NCBI RefSeq assembly: GCF_044704955.1
Contig: NC_092006.1
Coordinates: 4,712,001 to 4,776,000 of the forward strand
Length of the DNA: 64,000 nt
DNA from: Pristiophorus japonicus
Taxonomy: Eukaryota
Reading direction: 5' to 3'
A program made the position numbers and the translations under genes. A model generated the notes under the pieces. It was not told the DNA's origin, did not search any database, and saw only the letters and a program-made list of their open reading frames with translations. The stretch's first letter is position 1. Every line of letters starts with the position of its first letter. Shown in pieces: positions 50,830 to 63,500 of the stretch.

Positions 50830-50946
50830 AGCCCCTTCACAGCTCGACCTGCCGCTTCGCGCTTTATGCCAGCCTGGCGATGGCTCCTCTTGTGATGGGG
50901 TTGATCGGTGTCGCGGTGGCACGGCGTGGCAAGACTCGCCAACCAG
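50830..50946 (+). CDS. Gene D stalk plus transmembrane exon
   Basis: EPLHSSTCRFALYASLAMAPLVMGLIGVAVARRGKTRQP; 117 nt; PLHS..C stalk shared with gene B. Confidence 0.85.
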
Positions 50947-51048
50947 GTACTGCCCGTCTGAGCCAAACCCTCAATTTCGCCTTTAGCTGAACCTCTCCCT
51001 TTGGCGTGCCGGCCTGGACATTAACACCAGTCATCTTCTTAAACCTAG

Positions 51049-51107
51049 AGAGTGCAGCCACGACTGACCGAGGTACCGCTTCAAGAATAAAGAAAGCAGA
51101 AGAGGAG
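51049..51107 (+). CDS. Gene D cytoplasmic exon (59 nt)
   Basis: ESAATTDRGTASRIKKAEEE|gtaggt. Confidence 0.8.
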
Positions 51108-51367
51108 GTAGGTGCCACAAAGATGGGAGATGTTATTTTCATTAAAGAGCGGGGAGCGGGACTAATTGGATCATGCTTTCAAAGAGCCGACACAAGCTCG
51201 AAGGGCCAACTAGCCTCCTTCTGTGCTGTAAGATTCTATACTGGTGTCAAGTGTTTCATTGGTGTCCATGGACATGTCCGTTGTCAGTAACTTCAATGAG
51301 ACATTCACATTAATACACTTGTGCCTCTCTCAGAAACAACCCAAAGCTATTCACCTGCAATGAATTG

Positions 51368-52250
51368 CATAAGAACATAAGAACATAAGAATTAGGAACA
51401 GGAGTAGACCATCTAGCCCCTCAAGCCTGCTCCGCCATTCAACAAGACCATGGCTGATCTGGCCGTGGACTCAGCTCCACTTACCCGCCCGCTCCCGTAA
51501 CCCTTAATTCCCTTATTGGTTAAAAATCTATCTATCTGTGACTTGAATGCATTCAATGAGCTAGCCTCAACTGCTTCCTTGGGCAGAGAATTCCACAGAT
51601 TCACAACCCTCTGGGAGAAGAAATTCCTTCTCAACTCGGTTTTAAATTGGCTCCCCCGTATTTTGAGGCTGTGCCCCCTAGTTCTAGTCTCCCCGACCAG
51701 TGGAAACAAACTCTCTGCCTCTATCTTGTCTATCCCTTTCATTATTTTAAATGTTTCTAGAAGATCACCCCTCATCCTTCTGAACTCCAACGAGTAAAGA
51801 CCCAGTCTACTCAATCTATCATCATAAGGTAACCCCCTCATCACCGGAATCAGCCTAGTGAATCGTCTCTGTACCCCCTCCAAAGCCAGTATATCCTTCC
51901 TTAAGTAAGGTGACCAAAACTGCACGCAGTACTACAGGTGCGGCCTCACCAATACCCTATACAGTTGCAGAAGGACCTCCCTGCTTTTGTACTCCATCCC
52001 TCTCGCAATGAAGGCCAACATTCCATTCGCCTTCCTGATTACCTACTGCACCTGCAAACTAACTTTTTGGGATTCATGCACAAGGACCCCCAGGTCCCTC
52101 TGCACCGCAGCATGTTGTAATTTCTCCCCATTCAAATAATATTCCCTTTTACTGTTTTTTTTCCCAAGGTGGATGACCTCACACTTTCCGACATTGTATT
52201 CCATCTGCCAAACCTTAGCCCATTCGCTTAACCTATCTAAATCTCTTTGC
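51368..52250 (-). mobile_element. CR1 LINE 3' fragment in the last intron of gene D
   Basis: ORFs 51413-51925 and 52043-52471. Confidence 0.9.
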
Positions 52251-53305
52251 AACAGTGATGTCTTGCATTTAAATAGCGCCTTTGATGTCCTAAGGCGCTT
52301 CACAGGAGCATTAGTCAGACAAAAATTAAAGGTCGAACCCCACGGGGAGAGATTACGACAGGTGAGCAAAGGCTTGGCCGAGGAGGGAGGTTTTAAGGAG
52401 GAGAGAGGGGCGGAGAGGTTTAGGGAGGGAGTTCCAGAGCTTGGGGCCCAGGCAGCTGAAGGCACGGCCACCGATGGTGGAGCGATTATAATCAGGGATG
52501 GTCAAGAGGGCAGAATTGGAGGAGCAGTAGGAGATAGGGAGGGATGTAGGTGCTGGAGGAGAGTACAGAGATAAGGAGGGGTGTATGGGCTGGAGGAGAT
52601 TACAGAGATAGAGAGGGGTGTAGGGGCTGGAGCAGGTTACAGAGATAGGGAGGGGTGTAGGGGTTGGAGGGGGTTACAGAGATAGGGAGGGGTGTAGGGG
52701 TTGGAGGGGGTTACAGAGATAGGGAGGGGTGTAGGGGCTAAAGGAGGTCACAGAGATAGGGAGGGATGTAGGGGCTGGAGGAGGTTACAGAGTTAGGGAG
52801 GGATGTAGAGGCTGGAGGAGGTTGCAGAGATAGGGAGGGGTGTAGGGCTGGAGGAGAGGCAGTACTGAGGGAGCGCCGCACTGTCGGAGGAGCAGTACTG
52901 AGGGAACACCGCACTGTCGGAGGGACCGTCTTTCGGCTGAGACGTTAAACCGAGGCACCATCTGCCCTCTCGGTTGTAAAAGATCCCGGGGCCACTATTG
53001 GAAGAAGAGCAGGGGGAGTTCTCCCCGGTGTCCTGGGGCCAATATTTATCCCTCAACCAACATCACTAAAAACAGATGATCCGGGTCATTATCACATTGC
53101 TGTGTGTGGGAGCTTGCTGTGCGCAAATTGAGCTGCCGCGTTTCCCACAATACAACAGTGACTGCACTTCAAAAAGTACTTCATTGGCTGTAAGGCGCTT
53201 TGGGACGACCGGTGGTGGTGAAGGGCGCTATAGAAATGCACGTCTATTTCCTTTCAATATAGTTGAGCAGGAAGGTAACGGTTTTCTCGTGTTGTTCCTT
53301 CACAG

Positions 53306-53341
53306 ACTATGTACGCGCACCTGGCATTCGCTGTGGATTAG
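53306..53341 (+). CDS. Gene D terminal exon with TxYxxL motif
   Basis: ttccttcacag acceptor; TMYAHLAFAVD*. Confidence 0.82.
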   Translation, partial: TMYAHLAFAVD

Positions 53342-53729
53342 ACCGCATCGTGAGAGCGGGAAGGGTTTGCCAATATCCTCCCGGTCCGGATCGGAAGAGT
53401 TGGGGCCTTGAGAAATACAGCGCCCACTCGCCGCGCCCTCAGTCACAACCTGTGCACGGTGACCATTCACTCCAATGTCCCCGAACTCCCAGTGTGACTT
53501 TCCTCTGCCGGTAGTTTTGATCAATCTTTGATTCTTGTCTTTATTAGCGTTGCAATAAAAAACATTTTATTCTCTTTACAACCTCATGCCCACTTCGAAT
53601 GCATCCGTTATCAGACACAGAGAAGCGGAATTTATTGTTGAAATCGATGATAACTGTTGCTAAAGGGGCCAATTATCTCAGGATTTGTGTTCAGTTTAAC
53701 TGTCAGAGGGACGAACGTGCATTTTAGAT

Positions 53730-54384
53730 CACATAGAAACATAGAAAATAGGTGCAGGAACAGGCCATTCGGCCCTTCGAGCCTGCACCACCATTCAATA
53801 TGATCATGGCTGATCATTCACCTCAGTACCCCTTTCCTGCTTTCTCTCCATACCCCTTGATCCCTTTAGCCGTATCTAAGGGCCACATCTAACTCCCTCT
53901 TGAATATATCCAACGAACTGGCCTCAACAACTCTCTGTGGTAGAGAATTCCACAGGTTCACAACTCTCTGGGTGAAGAAGTTTCTCCTCATCTCGGTCCT
54001 AAATGGCTTACCCCTTATCCTTAGACTGTGACCCCTGGTTCTGGACTTCCCCAACATCGGGAACATTCTTCCTGAATCTAACCTGTCTAATCCCGTCAGA
54101 ATTTTATATGTTTCTACGAGATCCCCTCTCATTCTTCTAAACTCCAGTGAATATAGGCCCAGTTGATCCAGTCTCTCCTCATATGTCAGTCCAGCCATTC
54201 CGAGAAACAGTCTGGTGAACCTTCGCTGCACCCCCTCAATAGCAAGAACGTCCTTCCTCAGATTAGGAGACCAAAACTGAACACAATATTCCAGGTGTGG
54301 CCTCACCAAGGCCCTGTACATCCCGGGAATCAGTCTGGTGAACCTTCACTGCACTCCCTCAATAGCAAGAACGTCCTTCCTCAG
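53730..54384 (-). mobile_element. CR1 3' fragment that hosts the nested element; continues at 57250-57345
   Basis: ORF 53866-54321; the host sequence ttcctcagat|taggagacc is split by the inserted CR1. Confidence 0.85.
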
Positions 54385-57250
54385 ATAGAGGACAGATGTG
54401 CAAATAGATGTTAACAAATATGATGTGATTGGGATTACGGAGACGTGGCTCCACTATGATCAGGGCTGGGAACTCAACATCCAGGGGTATTCAACATTCA
54501 GGAAAGATAGAATAAAAGGAAAAGGAGGTGGGGTAGCATTGCTGGTTAAGGAGCAAATTAAGGCAATAGTTCGGAAGGACATTAGCTTGGATGATGTGGA
54601 ATCTATATGGGTAGAGCTGCAGGATACCAAAGGGCAAAAAACGTTAGTGGGAGTTGTGTACAGACCTCCAAACAGTAGTAGTGATGTTGGGGAGGGCATC
54701 AAACATGAAATTAGGGGTGCGTGCAATAAAGGTGCAGCAGTTATAATGGGTGACTTTAATATGCACATAGATTGGGTTAACCAAACTGGAAGCAATACGG
54801 TGGAGGAGGATTTCCTGGAGTGCATAAGGGATGGTTTTTTAGACCAATATGTCGAGGAACCAACTAGGGGGGAGGCCATCTTAGACTGGGTGTTGTGTAA
54901 TGAGAGAGGATTAATTAGCAATCTCGTTGTGCGAGGCCCCTTGGGGAAGAGTGACCATAATATGGTGGAATTCTGCATTAGGATGGAGAATGAAACAGTT
55001 AATTCAGAGACCATGGTCCAGAACTTAAAGAAGGCTAACTTTGAAGGTATGAGGCGTGAATTGGCTAGGATAGATTGGCGAATGATAATGAAGGGGTTGA
55101 CTGTGGATGGGCAATGGCAGACATTTAGAGACCGCAAGGATGAACTACAACAATTGTACATTCCTGTCTGGCGTAAAAATAAAAAAGGGAAGGTGGCTCA
55201 ACCGTGGCTATCAAGGGAAATCAGGGATAGCATTAAAGCCAAGGAAGTGGCATACAAATTGGCCAGAAATAGCAGCGAACCCAGGGACTGGGAGAAATTT
55301 AGAACTCAGCAGAGGAGAACAAAGGGTTTGATTAGGGCAGGAAAAATGGAGTACGAGAAGAAGCTTGCAGGGAACATTAAGACGGATTGCAAAAGTTTCT
55401 ATAGATATGTAAAGAGAAAAAGGTTAGTAAAGACAAACGTAGGTCCCCTGCAGTCAGAATCAGGGGAAGTCATAACGGGGAACAAAGAAATGGCGGACCA
55501 ATTGAACAAGTACTTTGGTTCGGTATTCACTGAGGAGGACACAAACAACCTTCCGGATATAAAAGGGGTCGGGGGGTCTAGTAAGGAGGAGGAACTGAGG
55601 GAAATCCTTATTAGTCGGGAAACTGTGTTGGGGAAATTGATGGGATTGAAGGCCGATAAATCCCCAGGGCCTGATGGACTGCATCCCAGAGTACTTAAGG
55701 AGGTGGCCTTGAAAATAGTGGATGCATTGACAGTCATTTTCCAACATTCCATTGACTCTGGATCAGTTCCTATGGAGTGGAGGGTAGCCAATGTAACCCC
55801 ACTTTTAAAAAAAGGAGGGAGAGAGAAAACAGGGAATTATAGACCGGTCTGCCTGACATCGGTAGTGGGTAAAATGATGGAATCAATTATTAAGAATGTC
55901 ATAGCAGCGCATTTGGAAAGAGGTAATATGATAGGTCCAAGTCAGCATGGATTTGTGAAAGGGAAATCATGCTTGACAAATCTTCTGGAATTTTTTGAGG
56001 ATGTTTCCAGTAGAGTGGACAAGGGAGAACCAGTTGATATGGTATATTTGGACTTTCAGAAGGCTTTCGACAAGGTCCCACACAAGAGATTAATGTGCAA
56101 AGTTAAAGCACATGGGATTGGGGGTAGTGTGCTGACATGAATTGAGAACTGGTTGTCAGACAGGAAGCAAAGAGTAGGAGTAAATGGGGACTTTTCAGAA
56201 TGGCAGGCAGTGACTAGTGGGGTACCGCAAGGTTCTGTGCTGGGGCCCCAGCTGTTTACACTGTACATTAATGATTTAGACGAGGGGATTAAATGTAGTA
56301 TCTCCAAATTTGCGGATGACACTAAGTTGGGTGGCAGTGTGAGCTGTGAGGAGGATGCTATGAGGCTGCAGAGCGACTTGGATAGGTTAGGTGAGTGGGC
56401 ACATGCATGGCAGATGAAGTATAATGTGGATAAATGTGAGGTTATCCACTTTGGTGGTAAAAACAGAGAGACAGACTATTATCTGAATGGTGACAGATTA
56501 GGAAAAGGGGAGGTGCAAAGAGACCTGGGTGTCATGGTACATCAGTCATTGAAGGTTGGCATGCAGGTACAGCAGGCGGTTAAGAAAGCAAATGGCATGT
56601 TGGCCTTCATAGCGAGGGGATTTGAGTACAGGGGCAGGGAGGTGTTGCTACAATTGTACAGGGCCTTGGTGAGGCCACACCTGGAGTATTGTGTACAGTT
56701 TTGGTCTCCTAACCTGAGGAAGGACATTCTTGCTATTGAGGGAGTGCAGCGAAGGTTCACCAGACTGATTCCCGGGATGGCGGGACTGACCTATCAAGAA
56801 AGACTGGATCAACTGGGCTTGTATTCACTGGAGTTCAGAAGAATGAGAGGGGACCTCATAGAAACGTTTAAAATTCTGACGGGGTTAGACAGGTTAGATG
56901 CAGGAAGAATGTTCCCAATGTTGGGGAAGTCCAGAACCAGGGGACACAGTCTAAGGATAAGGGGGAAGCCATTTAGGACCGAGATGAGGAGGAATTTCTT
57001 CACCCAGAGAGTGGTGAACCTGTGGAATTCTCTACCACAGAAAGTTGTTGAGGCCAATTCACTAAATATATTCAAAAAGGAGTTGGATGAAGTCCTTACT
57101 ACTAGGGGAATCAAGGGGTATGGTGAGAAAGCAGGAATGGGGTACTGAAGTTGCATGTTCAGCCATGAACTCATTGAATGGCGGTGCAGGCTAGAAGGGC
57201 CGAATGGCCTACTCCTGCACCTATTTTCTATGTTTCTATGTTTCTATGAT
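54385..57250 (+). mobile_element. Near-complete CR1 LINE ORF2 (APE endonuclease plus reverse transcriptase), with one nonsense codon
   Basis: GITETWL, VYRPP, MGDFN and SDHN (APE); GPDG, NYRPV, DFQKAFD, GVPQGSVLGP and FADD (RT). ORFs 54398-56140 and 56153-57148 are in the same frame, split by a TGA at 56138-56140. Confidence 0.95.
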
Positions 57251-57929
57251 TAGGAGACCAAAACTGAACACAATATTCCAGGTGTGGCCTCACCAAGGCC
57301 CTGTACATCCCGGGAATCAGTCTGGTGAACTTTCGCTGCACACCCCCAGCGGAATTTACAGCTATTTTCGTTGTATCTATAAACCAGTGACCCCTGCTTA
57401 AAGGGTCACACTCCAAAGTGTCCCCTTGGTTTTTTGGGTTTTTTTTCCTGAGAGCACCAAAAACACAAATTATACAAGTGGCCCCCCTGACGAACTTAAA
57501 CAAATTAAACTTTAAATATTGTGGTTCAAATTAACATTTGGTTGCCGGGCGGGTGCGGGGGGTGATGATGCGCTCCAGTCCCTCGGGCGCCCACCTCTCG
57601 CAGAAGGCCGCGAGCGTACTGGTGGACACCGTGGAAGAGAACGCGCTTTACAACCTTCCCGTTGGAGCTTGTGGGATCTTCCTGTGCGCCAAAGTGGCAG
57701 CCGCATGTCGCTACATTGCACTGGTGGCCACACTTCAAGATAAAAAGTGCGTTCATTGGCTGGGAAACAGGGCGGGACGTCCCAAGCTCCTTGTGTGCCG
57801 CGACAGAAGACCAAAAGTCTTTCCTGACTGGTCACAATGGAAACGCTGCACAACATCTTTTGGTCAAGTTGTACTCAACACACACAGTTCCAGTTAGTTA
57901 ACGGAGGGGAAATATACTTGCAACCCAGG

Positions 57930-58812
57930 GTGGAGCTTTGGAGGCAGTTCAGAGAAGGTTCACTCGGTCGATTCCGGAGATGAGGGGGTTGACTTATGAG
58001 GAAAGGTTGAGCAGGTTGGGCCTCTACTCATTGGGATTCAGAAGAATTCAGAGGTGATCTTATCGAAACGTATAAGATTATGAGGGGGCTCGACAGCAGG
58101 ACCCGGGGGTACTTGTGCATGAAACACAAAAGGTTAGTATGCAGGTACAGCAAGTGATCAGGAAGGCCAATGGTATCTTGGCCTTTATTGCAAAGGGGAT
58201 GGAGTATAAAAGCAGGGAGGTCTTGCTACAGTTATACAGGGTATTGGTGAGGCCACACCTGGAATACTGCGTGCAGTTTTGGTTTCCATATTTACGAAAG
58301 GATATACTTGCTTTGGAGGCAGTTCAGAGAAGGTTCACTCGGTTGATTCCGGAGATGAGGGAGTTGACTTATGAGGAAAGGTTGAGTAGGTTGGGCCTCT
58401 ACTCATTGGAATTCAGAAGAATGAGAGGTGATCTTATGGAAACGTATAAGATTATGAGGGGGCTTGACAAGGTGGATGCAGAGAGGATGTTTCCACTGAT
58501 GGGGGAGACTAGAACGCGGGGGCATGATCTTAGAATAAGGGGCCACCCATTTAAAACTGAGATGAGGAGGAATTTCTTCTCTCAGAGGGTTGTAAATCTG
58601 TGGAATTTGCTGCCTCAGAGAGCTGTGGAAGCTGGGACATTGAATAAATTTAACACAGAGATAGACGGTTTCTTAACCGATACGGGGATAAGGGGGCGGG
58701 CAGGGAAGTGGAGCTGAGTCCATGATCGGATCAGCCACGATCGTATTGAATGGCGGAGCAGGCTCGAGGGGCCGAATGGCCTACTCCTGCTCCTATTTCT
58801 TATGTTCTTATG
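57930..58812 (+). mobile_element. CR1 LINE 3' fragment
   Basis: ORF 58115-58717. Confidence 0.9.
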
Positions 58813-59389
58813 ATTCCAGTGTACAATACTACCACCTTCACCTCGTATGGGAATTAAACACATACTTATACAGGGGCTCAAAGGGTTAAATTGTGTGGGC
58901 AGTTTGCACAGATGTGGCTTGATTTCCTCGATTATAGAAGATTAAGAGGTCAACCAATTGAAGCGTTTAATTTGCTTGAAGGGTTGATAGGGTCGAAAGA
59001 GAAAAATTATTTCCTCTGTTGGGGGAGTCCAGAACAAGGAGATGTAACTTTAATTTTAAAGCAAGTAAGACTTGCATTTATATAGTGCCTTTCACGACCA
59101 CCGGACATCCTAAAGCGCTTTACAGCCAATGAAGTACTTTTCGGAGTGTGGTCACTGTTGTATTGTGGGAAACACAGCAGCCAATTTACGCACAGCAAGC
59201 TCCCACACACAGCAATGTGATAATGACTCAGAACATCTGTTTTACTGATGTTGGCCGAGGGATAAATATTGGCCCCAGGACACCGGGGAGAACTCCCCCT
59301 GCTCTTCTTCGAAATAGTTCTGTGGAATCTTTTACGTCCGCTTGAGAGGGCAGACGTGGCCTCGGTTTAATGTCTCATCTAAAAGACAG

Positions 59390-60565
59390 CACCTCTGATA
59401 GTGCTGCGCTCCCTCAGTCCTACCCCTCCGACAGTGCGGCGCTCCCTCAGTACCGCCCCTCCGACAGTGTGGCGCTCCCTCAGTACCGACCCTCCGACAG
59501 TGTGGCGCTCCCTCAGTACCGACCCTCCGACAGTACGGCGCTCCCTCAGTACCGACCCTCCGACAGTGCGGCGCTCCCTCAGTACTGCCCCTCCGACAGT
59601 GCGGCGTTCCCTCAGTACTGCCCCTATGACAGTGCGGCGCTCCCTCGGTACTGCCCCTCCGACAGCGCGGTGCTCCCTCAGTACCGCCCCTCCGACAGCG
59701 CGAGGCTCCCTCAGTACTGCCCCTCCGACAGTGCGGTGCTCCCTCAGTACTGCCCCTCCAACAGGGCGGTGCTCCCTCAGTACTGCCCCTCCGACAGTGC
59801 GATGCTTCCTTATTACTGCCCCTCTGACAGTGCGGTGCTGCCTCTACTGCCCCTCCGACACTGCGATGCTCCCTCAGTACTGCCCCTCCGACAGTGCGAC
59901 GCTCCCTCAGTACTGCCCCTCCGACAGTGCGGCGCTCCCTCAGTACTGCCCCTCTGACAGTGCGGTGCTCCCTCAGTACTGCCCCTCCGACAGTGCGGTG
60001 CTCCCTCAGTACCGCCCCTCCGACAGTGCGGTGCTCCGTCAGTACTGCCCCTCCGACAGTGCGGTGCTCCCTCAGTACCGCCCCTCCGACAGCGCATTGC
60101 TCCCTCAGTACTGCCCCTCTGGCAGTGTGGCACTCCCTCAGTACTGCCCCTCCGACAGTGCGACGCTCCCTCAGTACTGCCCCTCCGACAGTGCGGCACT
60201 CCCTCAGTACTGCCCCTCTTACAGTGCGGCGCTCCCTCAGTACTGCCCCTCCGACAGCGCGGTGCTCCCTCAGTACCGCCCCTCCGACAGCGCGGGGCTC
60301 CCTTCGTACTGCTCCTCCGACAGTGCGGTGCTCCCTCAGTACTGCCCCTCCGACAGCGCGGTGCTCCCTCAGTACCGCCCCTCCGACAGCGCGATGCTCC
60401 CTCAGTACTGCTCCTCCGACAGCGCGGGGCTCCCTCAGTACCGCCCCTCCAACAGCGCGGTGCTCCCTCAGTATTGCCCCTCCGACAGTGCGGCGCTCCC
60501 TCAGTACTACCCCTCCGACAGTGCGGCGCTCCCTCAATACTGCCCCTCCGACAGCGCGGTGCTCC
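59390..60565. repeat. 33-bp minisatellite (about 35 copies) expanded inside a SINE
   Basis: Unit CCCTCAGTACTGCCCCTCCGACAGTGCGGCGCT; SINE body at 59065-59390. Confidence 0.92.
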
Positions 60566-63500
60566 CACAGCTCTCTGGGGCAGCGAATTCCACAGATTTA
60601 CAACCCTCGGAGAGAAGAAATTCCTCCTCATCTCAGTTTTAAATGGGCGGCCCCTTATTCTAAGACCATGCCCCCTAGTTCTAGTCTCCCCCATCAGTGG
60701 AAACATCCTCTCTGCATCCACCTTGTCGAGCCCCCTCATTATCATATACGTTTTGATAAGATTACCTCTCATTCTTCTGAACTGCAATGAGTAGAGGCCC
60801 AACCTCCTCAAACAATCCACATAAGACAACCCCCTCATCTCTGGAATCAACCGAGTGAACCTTCTTTGAGCTGCCTCCAAAGCAAGTGTATCCTTCCTTA
60901 AATACGGAGACCAAAACTGCATGCAGTACTCCAGGTGTGGCCTCACCAATACCCTGTACAGTTGTAGCAGGACTTCCCTGCTTTTATACTCCATCCCCCT
61001 TTGCAATAAAGGCCAAGATTCCATTGGCCTTCCTGATCACTTGCTGTACCTGCATACTAACTTTTTGTGTTTCATGCACAAGGACCCCCAGGTCCCGCTG
61101 TACTGCAGCACTTTGCAATCTTTCTCCATTTAAATTATAATTTGCTTTTCTATTATTTCTGCCATTTTCCCACATTATACTCCATCTGCCAAATGTTTAC
61201 CCATTCACTTAGCCTGTCTATATCCCTTTGCAGATTTTTTTGTGTCCTCCTCACAATTTGCTTTCCCACCCATCTTTGTATCATCAGCAAACTTGGCTAC
61301 ATTACACTCAGTCCCTTCACCCAAGTCATTTATATAGATTGTAAATAGTTGAGGCCCCAGCACTGATCCCTGTGGCACCCCACTGGTTACTGTTTGCCAA
61401 CCGGAAAATGACCCATTTATCCCGACTCTCTGTTTTCTGTTAGTTAGCCAATCCTCTATCCATGCTAATATATTACCCCCAACCCCGTGAGCTTTTATCT
61501 TGTGCAGTAACCTTTTATGTGGCACCTTGTCGAATGCCTTCTGGAAATCCAAATACACCACATCCACTGGTTCCCCCTTATCTACCCTGCTTATTAAGGG
61601 AATCGAGGGATATGGGGATCGGGTGGGAAAGTGTTGAGGTAGAAGATGTGGTGTATTTGGACTTCCAGAAGGCATTTGACAAGATGCCACATGAAAGGTT
61701 ACTGCACAAGATAAAAGTTCATGGAGTGCGGGGGTGGGGTAATATATTAGCATGGATAGAGGATTGGCTAACTAACAGAGAACAGAGAGTCGGGATAAAT
61801 GGTTCGTTCTCAGGTTGGCAATCAGTAACTAGTGGAGTGCCGCAGGGATCAGTGCTGGGACCCCAACTATTTACAATCTATATTAACGACTTGGAAGAAG
61901 GGACCGAGTGTAACGTAGCCAAGTTTGCTGATGATACAAAGATGGGAGGAAAAGCAATGTGTGAGGAGGACACACAAAATCTGCAAAAGGACATCGACAG
62001 GCTAAGTGAGCCCACTAGTTACTGATTGCCGACCCGAGAATGACCCATTTATCCCGACTCTCTGTTTTCTGTTAGTTCGCCAATCCTCTATCTATGCTAA
62101 TATATTACCCCCAACCCCGTGAACTTTTATCTTGTGCAGTAACCAAGTGGGGATGGTGTGTGACTGGGAGGGGAATGTGGAGGTGGTGGTGTTCCCATGC
62201 GCCTGCTGCCCTTGTCCTTCTAGCGGGTAGAGGTCGTGGGTTTGGGAGGTGCTGCCGAAGAAGCCTTGGCGAGTTGCCGCGGTGCATCTTGTAGACGGTG
62301 CACACTGCAGCCACGGTGTGCCGGTGGTGGAGGGAGTGAGTGTTGAAATTGCAACTCGATATCATACAAGCACAGAAATTTACAGCACGGAAGGAGGCCA
62401 TTTTGGCCCATCGTGTCCACGCCGGCTGACAAAGAGCCACCCAGCCTAATCCCACTTTCCAGCTCTCGGTCCGTAGCCCTGTAGGTTACGGAACTTCAGG
62501 TGCACATCCAAATGTGGTGAGGGTTTCTGCCTCTACCACCCTTTCAGGCAGCGAGTTCCACCCCAGACCCCCACCACCCTCTGGGTTAAGAAATTTCCCC
62601 TCAAATCCCCTCTAAACCTCCCCCCAATTACTTTCAATCTACCTGGTTGTTGACCCCTCTGCCAAGGGAAACAGGTCCGACCTATCCACTCTATCCAGGC
62701 TCCTCATCATTTTATACACCTCAATCAGGTCTCCTCTTAGCCTCCTCTGTTTCAAAGAAAACAACCCCAGCCTATCCAATCTTTTCTCATCGCTAAAATT
62801 CTCCAGTCCAGGCAACATCCTGGTAAATCTCCTCTGCACCCTCTCCAGTGCAATCACATCGTTCCTGTAATGTGGTGACCAGAACTGCATGCAGTACTCC
62901 AGCTGTGCCCTAACCAGTGCTTTATACAGTTCAAGCATAACCTCCCTGCTCTTGTATTCCATGCCTCGACTAATAAAGGCAAGTATTCCGTATGCCTTCT
63001 TAACCACCTTATCCCGATACAGCGAGACCTAGGGTTACTTGTGCATGAAACACAAAAAGTTAGTGTGCAGGTACAGCAAGTGATCAGGAAGGCCAATGGA
63101 ATCTTGGCCTTTATTGCAATGGGGATGAAGTATAAAAGCAGGGAAGTCTTGCTACAGCTATATAAGGTATTAGTGAGGCCACACCTGAAATACTGCGTGC
63201 AGTTTTGGTTTCCATATTTATGAAAGGATATACTTGCTTTGGAGGCAGTTCAGAGAAGGTTCACAAGGTTGATTCCGGGGATGAGGGGGTTGACTTATGA
63301 GGAAAGGTTGAGTAGGTTGGGCCTCTACTCATTGGAATTCAGAAGAATGAGAGGTGATCTTAACGAAACGTATAAGATTATGAGGGGGTTTGACAAGGTG
63401 GATGCAGAGAGGATGTTTCCACTGATGGGGGTGACTAGAACTAGAGGGCATGATCTTAGAATAAGGGGCCACCCATTTAAAACTGAGATGAGGAGGAATT

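Larger units (their letters stand above)
45625..53341 (+). other. Gene D: intact L-VJ-C1-TM-cytoplasmic IgSF receptor (299 aa; ETMYAHL motif)
   Basis: Exons 45625-45667, 48856-49194, 49286-49591, 50830-50946, 51049-51107 and 53306-53341 give a 900-nt open frame; AATAAA at 53554. Confidence 0.9.

Noticed and set aside
50864-50876. LYASL in gene D as an ITIM
   Set aside because: It lies at the extracellular start of the TM helix, not in the cytoplasm.
59332-61024. Long ORFs of 300-413 aa (also 16018-16624 and 43148-43540)
   Set aside because: Artefacts of a stop-poor 33-bp tandem repeat, open in several frames.
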